A stretch of 64,000 bases of DNA. It comes from a virus. Taxonomy: Duplodnaviria; Caudoviricetes. The stretch covers positions 1 to 64,000 of IMG/VR virus record IMGVR_UViG_3300037067_001739, one strand, 5' to 3'. The position numbers were made by a program, and so were the translations under genes. Below the pieces are notes generated by a model. It had not been told where the DNA came from, searched no databases, and saw only the letters and a program-made list of their open reading frames with translations. This document shows, in pieces, positions 31,316-37,926 of this stretch. Positions within the stretch are counted from its first letter, which is position 1. Each line of letters begins with the position of its first letter.

Positions 31316-31389
31316 AGAGGCGTAGCTGATAGGGAAGCATCGGTTTTACATACCGTGACATAGGAGTTCGAATCTCCTCGCCTCTACCA
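31316..31389 (+). tRNA. tRNA-Val(TAC)
   Basis: AGAGGCG/CGCCTCT acceptor, loop TTTACAT, CCA. Confidence 0.88.
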
Positions 31390-31507
31390 GCTTATCGAAT
31401 GAGATAAGTTAGCCATCTATATGATTGACCCGTTTTGCGGAAAACGAAAAATAACATTATGAATGCGTAACGTTAAGGTCAGTCTCAAAGTAGCTCTGGC
31501 GACTTCA

Positions 31508-31593
31508 GGGGGCGTTTAATGGGTGCAGGTCAGTTAACCGATAGTTCTAGAGTAGGCACTGAAGTGTAGGTTAAACTCCTACCGTTCCCACCA
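31508..31593 (+). ncRNA. tRNA-like RNA with an oversized anticodon-position loop
   Basis: GGGGGCG/CGTTCCC-A-CCA acceptor, T-arm GTAGG-TTAAACT-CCTAC, TCAGT/ACTGA stem enclosing 23 nt. Confidence 0.6.
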
Positions 31594-31594
31594 T

Positions 31595-31672
31595 GCTTGG
31601 GTAGCTTAACTACGGTAAAGCTCTTTCTTGGTAAGAAAGGGGATGTCGGTTCGAAACCGTCCCCAAGCTCCA
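31595..31672 (+). tRNA. tRNA-Thr(GGT)
   Basis: CTTTC-TTGGTAA-GAAAG anticodon arm, CCA. Confidence 0.9.
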
Positions 31673-31989
31673 TGAGTAAGAATGGTTATATAAGTAAGGG
31701 TGATTTCTTAGGAGTTTCTTACGGTACGGCACAGAACAAATTAAAGAAACTAATAATGTTTGATTTGTTAAAACAACAAGGTAATAATATTTGTTACAGG
31801 TGTGGTAAAGAAATTGAAACTGCCGATGAATTATCAATAGAGCACAAGAAAGCTTGGTTTAATATAAGTATAGAGTTGTTTTGGAATTTAGATAATGTTG
31901 CGTTCTCTCACTTTACTTGTAATTCTGGTAATCATGTGATTGGTGCGGAAAGGGATAAAAAAACTGGTAGATTTCGGAGCAGTGCTTGA
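31672..31989 (+). CDS. HNH endonuclease (free-standing, homing-type)
   Basis: CYRCG...SIEHK...NVAFSHFTCN; starts at the tRNA CCA and stops inside tRNA-Ser. Confidence 0.75.
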   Translation: MSKNGYISKGDFLGVSYGTAQNKLKKLIMFDLLKQQGNNICYRCGKEIETADELSIEHKKAWFNISIELFWNLDNVAFSHFTCNSGNHVIGAERDKKTGRFRSSA

Positions 31990-32062
31990 GTGGTTTAAGA
32001 GGACAGTTTGCTAAACTGTTGGGCGTAATGTCCCGCAAGTTCGAATCTTGTCTGCTCCGCCA
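31976..32062 (+). tRNA. tRNA-Ser(GCT)
   Basis: Long variable arm, loop TTGCTAA, G73, CCA. Confidence 0.92.
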
Positions 32063-32072
32063 AATAAAGGGC

Positions 32073-32101
32073 TTGACATTAAGTTTGGCTCGTGTTATAA
32101 T
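32073..32101 (+). promoter_or_regulatory. Sigma70-type promoter
   Basis: TTGACA-17 nt-TATAAT with TG. Confidence 0.88.
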
Positions 32102-32110
32102 GAAGATAAT

Positions 32111-32184
32111 GGATGTGTAACTCGATTTGGCAGAGTAGCGGGCTTTTAACCCGAAAGGTGTGGGTTCGACTCCCATCACATCCA
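32111..32184 (+). tRNA. tRNA-Lys(TTT)
   Basis: Loop CTTTTAA; CCA not encoded. Confidence 0.88.
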
Positions 32185-32185
32185 C

Positions 32186-32290
32186 GTGGGGGATAGTTCA
32201 ACTGGTAGAACAATAGGTTAAAGTTGAATGCGACTTTCCCTTGCTCCGTTTAGAGTGAAGATATAGGTTCAATTCCTATTCCCTCACCCA
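32186..32290 (+). ncRNA. tRNA-like RNA with a remodelled anticodon arm and a G-1:C73 pair
   Basis: Canonical D-arm (GTTC-AACTGGTA-GAAC) and T-arm, CCA; the anticodon arm is replaced by AAAGTTG-AATG-CGACTTT plus an extra hairpin. Confidence 0.7.
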
Positions 32291-32291
32291 T

Positions 32292-32369
32292 GCTTGCGTA
32301 ACTCAATTAGGCTAGAGTAAACGGCTCTTAACCGTGAGGTTGTGGGTTCGAGTCCCTCCGCAAGCACCA
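32292..32369 (+). tRNA. tRNA-Lys(CTT)
   Basis: Loop CTCTTAA, CCA. Confidence 0.9.
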
Positions 32370-32393
32370 CGCACCCCTTTTGTGCGTTTTGAT

Positions 32394-32600
32394 TTGTTAG
32401 TCTGCTGAGATATGCAGTAATCAGGTCTAGGAGAACTTACTCAGTAGTTATGTTGTAAGGGCAACACAACGACACGATACGGTATGGGTAAGACTAGCCA
32501 GATGAGTATGGTAAGCTGGTTGGGTAAGACGTAAAACGAGGCGTTACTAACGGCACGCCTATCCTAGCACCAGTGGGACACCCAAGTCCCATACTGACAA
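32394..32600 (+). ncRNA. Unclassified multi-branched structured RNA
   Basis: Closing helix TTGTTAGT/ACTGACAA and at least five internal helices; lies between two tRNAs. Confidence 0.55.
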
Positions 32601-32603
32601 CAT

Positions 32604-32678
32604 GGGGTTATCGTCTAAGGGTCAGGACGGCACTCCCTCGAAGTGCGAATATCGGTTCGAATCCGTTTAACCCTACCA
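32604..32678 (+). tRNA. tRNA-Glu(CTC), with C33
   Basis: GCACT-CCCTCGA-AGTGC anticodon arm, CCA. Confidence 0.85.
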
Positions 32679-32680
32679 AA

Positions 32681-32866
32681 ATGGATAATGATAAACTTAT
32701 AGAAGAAGTGTGCAAGGTTGAAAATCCTTATGAGTATTCTCAAGGAATGTGGTATGAACCACTACAAGGTTATTTGATGACTCATGAGACAGCAGAAGAG
32801 AATTCGGCACATATTGCTTTTGAAGAGTGTCGAGATTTGATTTTGCTTTTGTTAGCGGGAGCGTAG
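32681..32866 (+). CDS. Hypothetical protein
   Basis: ATG 2 nt after the CCA; stop lies inside the next tRNA. Confidence 0.55.
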   Translation: MDNDKLIEEVCKVENPYEYSQGMWYEPLQGYLMTHETAEENSAHIAFEECRDLILLLLAGA

Positions 32867-32952
32867 CACAATTGGCAGTGCAACCGTCTTATAAGCGGTA
32901 TTAGGGGCTGATTTCCCCAAGGTTATAGGTTCGAGTCCTATCGCTCCTACCA
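32857..32952 (+). tRNA. tRNA with TAT (Ile) anticodon and a long variable arm
   Basis: ACCGT-CTTATAA-GCGGT anticodon arm; GGGG-CTGATTT-CCCC variable hairpin; CCA. Confidence 0.85.
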
Positions 32953-32953
32953 G

Positions 32954-33208
32954 ATGAAAGTGACACTTGATTTTCCTGTAATGCACGACAGATGTAACAC
33001 TTGTGAGCACAGATTTGCGTGCTGGACAAGGAAAGTACATGTGGAATTGGATTTAACATATGGAGATGGAAGTTATCATACAATGATACAACCCTTCATC
33101 TTCGGTTTGGATTGCTTTAGACTAGAACCTTGGTCAAGGGTCAGAAATATAAAGCTTGACATCCTTCCAGACGGTACTTCGATGGTGTTAGATTTGTTTG
33201 CAGTATAA
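32954..33208 (+). CDS. Hypothetical protein with CxxCxxRFxCWT motif
   Basis: CNTCEHRFACWT; exactly fills the inter-tRNA spacer. Confidence 0.65.
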   Translation: MKVTLDFPVMHDRCNTCEHRFACWTRKVHVELDLTYGDGSYHTMIQPFIFGLDCFRLEPWSRVRNIKLDILPDGTSMVLDLFAV

Positions 33209-33286
33209 CTCCCTATAGCTCAATTGGACAAGAGCGTGTGGCTACGAACCACAAGGTTGCGGGTTCAAGTCCTGCTAGGGAGACCA
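33209..33286 (+). tRNA. tRNA-Arg(ACG)
   Basis: Loop CTACGAA, CCA. Confidence 0.92.
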
Positions 33287-33738
33287 TGAGTGCTAAATCA
33301 AAAGCTAATGGTCATGATATAGTTTACAATGGCAAGGATTGGGTTTACTTGGATAACGGTGAAGTTGTTGACGTAAGACCGTGTGCTCGTTGTGGTGCTA
33401 AACCAGTAGCAGTTAAGGTCAAAATACCAGCCGATTTATCACACACTGGAAAAGAGTTTTGGAAGTACGCTCAAATAGACGCTTGTATTGCTCCCATCGT
33501 TAAAGCGTTACAAGATGCTGGTATAGATATGAGAGGTTCTTGTTGTGGACATGGTAGGGGAGTTGGTGATATAGAACTTCAAGATGGTCGTGCTGTTGTT
33601 ATCCTCAATCCAGAGCAAGCACATACTTTTTATGTTAAGAATGCCCTCGTAGCTGAATTGGAACAGCCGCTCGCTTCTAACGAGAAGAATGAGAGTTCGA
33701 GTCTCTCCGAGGGTGCCAGGGTGGAACTTCGTAGCTGA
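33286..33738 (+). CDS. Hypothetical protein reading through tRNA-Arg(TCT)
   Basis: CCATG start; IDACIAPIVKAL...SCCGHG motif. Confidence 0.6.
   Translation: MSAKSKANGHDIVYNGKDWVYLDNGEVVDVRPCARCGAKPVAVKVKIPADLSHTGKEFWKYAQIDACIAPIVKALQDAGIDMRGSCCGHGRGVGDIELQDGRAVVILNPEQAHTFYVKNALVAELEQPLASNEKNESSSLSEGARVELRS
33643..33718 (+). tRNA. tRNA-Arg(TCT)
   Basis: Loop CTTCTAA, CCA. Confidence 0.88.
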
Positions 33739-33837
33739 CCCGCAACGTGTTGTACGCACGTTTGTTTACGGCACGTGAACATAGTGAAAAAAGTATTAAC
33801 GAATGTGTTAATACGAGGTCAGAGCGTTAAGTACCCT
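33719..33837 (+). ncRNA. Unclassified structured RNA
   Basis: GGGT/ACCC and CTGACC/GGTCAG closing helices; two internal hairpins (ACGTGTTGTA/TACGGCACGT and GTATTAAC/GTTAATAC). Confidence 0.55.
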
Positions 33838-33841
33838 TTAT

Positions 33842-33921
33842 CTCGCTGTAGTCGGGGGAATTTCCTAAATTCTCATCCGTAAGTGGAACTGTAAATGCGA
33901 GTTCAAGCCTCGCCAGCGAGT
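33842..33921 (+). ncRNA. tRNA-like RNA (acceptor stem and T-arm, no canonical D or anticodon arm)
   Basis: CTCGCTG/CAGCGAG acceptor and GCGAG-TTCAAGC-CTCGC T-arm. Confidence 0.6.
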
Positions 33922-34032
33922 CGGGGGATGGGTACAGCCGATGAAAAGGTAAAAAACGGCAATTGATGAATGTCATGCAATACGGGTACGCCTCCACCAT
34001 CGGACTAAGTATGAAATTGGAATAGATTTTTT

Positions 34033-34109
34033 GCGGGTGTAGCCGAATTGGCATAGGCAACAGGTTTAGACCCTGAAATCTGGAAGTTCGAGTCTTCCCA
34101 CCCGCACCA
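34033..34109 (+). tRNA. tRNA-Leu(TAG), short variable arm
   Basis: Loop TTTAGAC, A73, CCA. Confidence 0.88.
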
Positions 34110-34115
34110 TATGAT

Positions 34116-34517
34116 ATGTTTCTGTACATTGCAGTTGATGACAGGACGATAAAAAGCACTTGGAATTGGGACTTTGAGGGTTGCAATTCTTGTCCGCATA
34201 GATTTGAGTGCTACACAGAAGACAGTGCTACTATAAAGCCTGTCAAAGTAGATGAGTGGGAAGCAGATAGCTACCTATATTCTCGCAATTATAAGGCTGA
34301 GTTTCATCTACCAAAATGTATACGAGCAGGGCTATTTAAGCAGATAGCGGATACTGGATATTGGAAAAGCAGTTATCCAACGGATTTCGGTGACGGCTTC
34401 AAGTTAGGTGGAGTGTTTAGTGATGAAGGTGAGCACGTTACAGTTGAGCGTGCGTGGGTAAAGTTTCCTAGCACTCTTTATGTCACTGGCTTAAAGAGAA
34501 AGGTGCGTTGGTGTTAA
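34116..34517 (+). CDS. Hypothetical protein with CxxCxxRFxCYT motif
   Basis: CNSCPHRFECYT; stop lies within tRNA-Asp. Confidence 0.65.
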   Translation: MFLYIAVDDRTIKSTWNWDFEGCNSCPHRFECYTEDSATIKPVKVDEWEADSYLYSRNYKAEFHLPKCIRAGLFKQIADTGYWKSSYPTDFGDGFKLGGVFSDEGEHVTVERAWVKFPSTLYVTGLKRKVRWC

Positions 34518-34577
34518 TGGTGAGCATACTACCCTGTCAAGGTTGAGGGAGGGGTTCGTGTCCCCTACGCACCGCCA
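34502..34577 (+). tRNA. tRNA-Asp(GTC)
   Basis: Loop CTGTCAA, G73, CCA. Confidence 0.88.
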
Positions 34578-34870
34578 TGAAAAAGATAATAGCGTATACT
34601 GATGACGACAAACCCTTTGGTGATAGTCCAGAGGATTATCTAGACTATGAGCTACGTGTCATAGACAGAAGGGTAAGGATTGAAAACAAAGAGCGCAAAG
34701 ATAAAGCAACTACTACTATAGAAGGTGCTGTACAAGCGGCTCAGAGATACATGTTTTCGAGTCCTAAAGAATTCCCTATGACTGATACTCTGTTTATGGC
34801 GGAATGCAAACGAAGAAAGGTCGGTGATTGTAGTATCTGTAAACTCAGATTTAGGTGTTGGACAGAATGA
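34577..34870 (+). CDS. Hypothetical protein with C-terminal CxxCxxRFxCWT motif
   Basis: CSICKLRFRCWT; CCATG start. Confidence 0.65.
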   Translation: MKKIIAYTDDDKPFGDSPEDYLDYELRVIDRRVRIENKERKDKATTTIEGAVQAAQRYMFSSPKEFPMTDTLFMAECKRRKVGDCSICKLRFRCWTE

Positions 34871-34953
34871 TTATTGATGTTCTTGTAGTGTCGTTATTTT
34901 TATTAATGCTTGGTGGTTCTGTTTGGTGTGCAACAAAATGGGATGTGCATTAA

Positions 34954-35026
34954 GGCATCGTGGTCGAGTGGCTAAGGCGAGCGTCTGCAAAACGCTTTTA
35001 CGTGGGTTCAATTCCCACCGATGCCT
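34954..35026 (+). tRNA. tRNA-Cys(GCA)
   Basis: Loop CTGCAAA, U73; no full CCA. Confidence 0.9.
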
Positions 35027-35027
35027 C

Positions 35028-35429
35028 ATGAATACAAAAGATATAGGTGATATTACTCAAGCTAAACTAGAACTAAAATTGTTGCTACAAGGTTACGTAG
35101 TATTGACCCCACGTGGTGATAATCTTAGATACGACTTTGTTATTGAGCGTAATGGTAACTTTGATAGAGTTCAGTGTAAGACTGGACGTTACAGAAAAGG
35201 ATGTGTGGTATTTGATACTCGTTCTTCTAGTTGGCACAGAGACGGTAAGAAAGAACCGTATAATAAATATCAGATAGATTTCTTTGGAGTATATTGTCCT
35301 CAGTTGGATAGTTATTACTTGATACCTGTTGAGGATATTGGTGATAAATACCAGTGTAACTTGCGGGTTGATGAACCGAGGAAGAAAAATAATCGTTATA
35401 TTTGGGCAAAAAATTATATTCTGGTGTAG
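35028..35429 (+). CDS. Group I intron-associated-type PD-(D/E)XK endonuclease
   Basis: GDITQAK...GYVVLTPRGDNLRYDFVIE...RVQCKT...IDFFGVY...YLIP. Confidence 0.85.
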   Translation: MNTKDIGDITQAKLELKLLLQGYVVLTPRGDNLRYDFVIERNGNFDRVQCKTGRYRKGCVVFDTRSSSWHRDGKKEPYNKYQIDFFGVYCPQLDSYYLIPVEDIGDKYQCNLRVDEPRKKNNRYIWAKNYILV

Positions 35430-35495
35430 TTCAATCGGTAGAGCAGGCGGCTGTTAACCGTCAAGTTGATGGTTCGAGACCATCCACCAGAGCCA
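35420..35495 (+). tRNA. tRNA-Asn(GTT)
   Basis: Loop CTGTTAA, G73, CCA. Confidence 0.92.
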
Positions 35496-35665
35496 TGCAG
35501 AGAATAAAGATTCCTGAGTCTAGCTACTTTGTCTATTGTAATGACAAGTGCGAGACGTGCGAGGTCAGATTCAGGTGTTTCACCAGTCGTGAAATGCTTG
35601 TTGTTGATTTACCTACAGCAAAAAGGATAGTCGAGTCTGAATATATGGATTGGTTAATTAGGTAG
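35495..35665 (+). CDS. Small protein with CxxCxxRFxCFT motif
   Basis: CETCEVRFRCFT; CCATG start. Confidence 0.65.
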   Translation: MQRIKIPESSYFVYCNDKCETCEVRFRCFTSREMLVVDLPTAKRIVESEYMDWLIR

Positions 35666-35668
35666 TAT

Positions 35669-35743
35669 GGCGGTATCTGCTAATGGTCAGGCAAGCAGGC
35701 TTTCAACCTGGAAACGGGGGTTCAATTCCCCCTACCGCTACCA
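35669..35743 (+). tRNA. tRNA-Glu(TTC)
   Basis: Loop CTTTCAA, CCA. Confidence 0.88.
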
Positions 35744-35744
35744 T

Positions 35745-35862
35745 GCTGTCGTTAATTGGGCAAAGCTAAAGATATTGACGTTACGCTCTTTGCATATGAG
35801 GCTGTACACTGATTATGTAAAGCTGAATATCTTGGTAATTGGGTTCGACTCCCAACGGCGGA
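35745..35862 (+). ncRNA. tRNA-like RNA with a long helix in place of the anticodon arm
   Basis: CTGTCG/CGGCGG acceptor, TTGGG-TTCGACT-CCCAA T-arm, AAGATATT/AATATCTT helix enclosing about 48 nt. Confidence 0.6.
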
Positions 35863-35864
35863 AC

Positions 35865-35938
35865 AGCGGTGGAGAATCGGTATTCAAGATGCTCTCATAA
35901 GGCATCCTTCGAGGGTTCGACTCCCTTCCCCGCAACCA
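35865..35938 (+). tRNA. tRNA-Met(CAT), initiator-like
   Basis: Loop CTCATAA; A1:A72 mismatch; lacks the GGG/CCC anticodon stem; CCA. Confidence 0.8.
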
Positions 35939-35939
35939 T

Positions 35940-36013
35940 TTCCCTGTAGTGTAGTGGTAGCACGCAACGCTCTGAACGTTGTAATTCTGGTTCGAGTCCA
36001 GACAGGGGAGCCA
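35940..36013 (+). tRNA. tRNA-Gln(CTG)
   Basis: U1-A72, loop CTCTGAA, CCA. Confidence 0.9.
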
Positions 36014-36015
36014 AG

Positions 36016-36333
36016 ATGATACCAAGAAGGATAATGCTAAAAGGCAAAACTGGACACAACGAATATATGTGTTCGGGGTCTTCTTGTGATACTTGTAAAC
36101 TCAGATTTGAATGCTTTACTGAGGATAGAGAACATATACTTTGGTTAGAGTGGGATGAGCTTCACGCAAAGTATAGAGGAATCAGTCCTTCAAGAGTATT
36201 GAGAGACATAATCGGTAGTAAAGTTTGGGTTGAGGGTAGCAGAAGGTTCAGAGAAAATATGGAAAAGGCAAGGAGCTTGCTTCCATCTGAACAGCGTGAT
36301 ATTAGAGTTCAACATTTATTAAGGGAGCTATAG
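36016..36333 (+). CDS. Hypothetical protein with CxxCxxRFxCFT motif
   Basis: CDTCKLRFECFT; stop lies inside tRNA-Leu(AAG). Confidence 0.65.
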   Translation: MIPRRIMLKGKTGHNEYMCSGSSCDTCKLRFECFTEDREHILWLEWDELHAKYRGISPSRVLRDIIGSKVWVEGSRRFRENMEKARSLLPSEQRDIRVQHLLREL

Positions 36334-36397
36334 CCCAACTGGCAGAGGTAACTGGCTAAGAACCAGTACAGTAAGAGTTCGAATCTCTTTAGCTCCA
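36324..36397 (+). tRNA. tRNA-Leu(AAG), short variable arm
   Basis: ACTGG-CTAAGAA-CCAGT anticodon arm; no CCA. Confidence 0.85.
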
Positions 36398-36399
36398 CA

Positions 36400-36821
36400 A
36401 GCAAGCAGGACGAGTGAACGCTCTACGGAGAGGAAAGTCCGAACACCTTTGAGCAAGATGCAGGGTAACACCCTGGCAGAGTAATCTGACGATTAGAGCA
36501 ACAGAGACGAGTTGAGATGGACGAAAAAGAGTTAGAAGAAGAACTTCGTAAGCGTAGTGCGTTTTATGAATTGGGATACCAAATTGAACAGTTCAAAAAC
36601 ACACTTCGTAGCGAGTTTGAAAAACTCTTTAAGTTTATACTCAAGTGAAACGGGCAATCTCCATCTGGTGCAACACCAAACAGAAGGCGATGCTAGGTCG
36701 TAATGGACTAAGCGGGATGCGCTCAACGTAGTCTTCGGGTAGGTGGCAAGGAACTTAGCAGTAATGTTAAGTCAAGTCAAATGTTCACATAGACAGAATT
36801 CGGCTTACAGTCCAGCTTGCT
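36400..36821 (+). ncRNA. rnpB: RNase P RNA with an expanded P12 loop
   Basis: P1 AGCAAGC/GCTTGCT, CR-I GAGGAAAGTCC, CR-II AGAGCAACAGAGA, CR-III GTGAAAC, CR-V ACAGAATTCGGCTTA. Confidence 0.93.
36517..36648 (+). CDS. 43-aa ORF nested in the RNase P RNA P12 loop
   Basis: MDEKELEEELRKRSAFYELGYQIEQFKNTLRSEFEKLFKFILK; below the ORF-track size cutoff. Confidence 0.55.
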   Translation: MDEKELEEELRKRSAFYELGYQIEQFKNTLRSEFEKLFKFILK

Positions 36822-36825
36822 ACAT

Positions 36826-36900
36826 GGTGGTGTTGGTCTATAGGTATGACGGTTGGTTGTGACCCAGCCAAAATGGGTTCGATTCCCATACACCACCCCA
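36826..36900 (+). tRNA. tRNA-His(GTG)
   Basis: G-1:C73, loop TTGTGAC, CCA. Confidence 0.92.
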
Positions 36901-36902
36901 TA

Positions 36903-37346
36903 ATGATAAAAGAATTTCAGAGTGAGAATAGGTTTCTCTCCAATTTTTGGTTCTGCAATGGTGTAACTCTTGATGGTAAGAATTACCCATCTGTAGAGCA
37001 CGCATACCAAGCGGCAAAGACACTTGACGATAAGCAGAGAGAGGCAATTCGAACTGCGAAAACACCAGGAGAAGCCAAGAAGCTTGGCAAATCAGTAACG
37101 ATACGACCTGATTGGGAAGACGTAAAGATTGATGTAATGTACGGTTTGCTTAAACAGAAATTTAGCGAGAGCAACCCATTGTTACTGAAAAAGCTGAAGG
37201 ACACTGGCAATCAGGTGTTGCAAGAGGGTAATTATTGGTATGATACCTTTTGGGGAGTTGACCTAAGAACTGGTAAGGGACAAAATAACTTGGGTAAATT
37301 GCTCATGAAAGTAAGGGATTCATATGAGAATAATGCTCAAAAGTAA
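36903..37346 (+). CDS. NADAR/YbiA-family protein
   Basis: FLSNF, YPSVEHAYQAAK, AKKLGK, EGNYWYDTFWG, GQNNLGKLLMKVR. Confidence 0.93.
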   Translation: MIKEFQSENRFLSNFWFCNGVTLDGKNYPSVEHAYQAAKTLDDKQREAIRTAKTPGEAKKLGKSVTIRPDWEDVKIDVMYGLLKQKFSESNPLLLKKLKDTGNQVLQEGNYWYDTFWGVDLRTGKGQNNLGKLLMKVRDSYENNAQK

Positions 37347-37647
37347 AATTCACCATATCAAAGTTACTAACGTAGCACCGAATTACGAAGGTAGCATAGC
37401 TATTGACGGTGGGCTTCTTTCCAGAGCCGATATTCTTGAGTACGAACAGGTTCATGTTCTTGACCTGACTAATGGCAACCGCTTCATAACCTACGCTATT
37501 GAAGGTGATAAAGATGAGTGTAGCGTTAATGGTGCGGCGGCTCGATTGGTGAATGTTGGTGATGTTCTAATAATTATGGCATTCTCTATACTAAATGATG
37601 GGGCATCATACGAATTGAAACCCCGCATTGTGGTGTGCGATGGATAA
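37324..37647 (+). CDS. panD: Aspartate 1-decarboxylase
   Basis: MLKSKIH, YEGS cleavage site, NGNRFITY, NGAAARLVNVGD. Confidence 0.95.
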   Translation: MRIMLKSKIHHIKVTNVAPNYEGSIAIDGGLLSRADILEYEQVHVLDLTNGNRFITYAIEGDKDECSVNGAAARLVNVGDVLIIMAFSILNDGASYELKPRIVVCDG

Positions 37648-37802
37648 CCAACTACAGTCTCACCTGTTAAAAGCTTCTATTCAGATGGAAGTAGAAGAAC
37701 TTCTAGAGGGAAAATCAGAGGAATTTAAGGAAGCTTTCTACTTGGGGTTACAATACGGTGTAGAGATACAGAAGGCTTTTCTTGATTTATACTTCGGTAA
37801 AA

Positions 37803-37878
37803 GCGGGCGAAATTCATAAGGTTGAATGCTGGCTTGCCAAGTCAGACGTAGCGAGTTCAAATCTCGCCGCTCGCTCCA
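37803..37878 (+). tRNA. tRNA-Gly(GCC)
   Basis: Loop TTGCCAA, U73, CCA. Confidence 0.88.
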
Positions 37879-37897
37879 AATGGCAATTTACTTAGGC

Positions 37898-37926
37898 TTG
37901 ACTTTGTAAGTGGCATTGTGTATAAT
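37898..37926 (+). promoter_or_regulatory. Sigma70-type promoter
   Basis: TTGACT-17 nt-TATAAT. Confidence 0.8.

Noticed and set aside
31540-31560. Amber suppressor tRNA (TTCTAGA) and stop-codon recoding
   Set aside because: No anticodon stem flanks the CTA. Genes are full length in code 11, and TAG and TGA are used as real stops.
31390-31593. tmRNA (one-piece or permuted)
   Set aside because: The GGGGGCG start resembles tmRNA, but the unit is only 86 nt, lacks G3:U70, and has no convincing tag reading frame or pseudoknots.
33827-34199. ORF-track - strand ORFs across the tRNA array (e.g. 30985-31215, 33827-34186, 36532-36726, 42397-42768) and 5' extensions of + ORFs through tRNAs
   Set aside because: These are antisense or read-through translations of tRNA/ncRNA sequence; starts were reassigned to the ATG at the tRNA 3' end.
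35028-35429. Group I intron around the PD-(D/E)XK nuclease
   Set aside because: The ORF runs directly from one intact tRNA into the next, leaving no room for an intron core.
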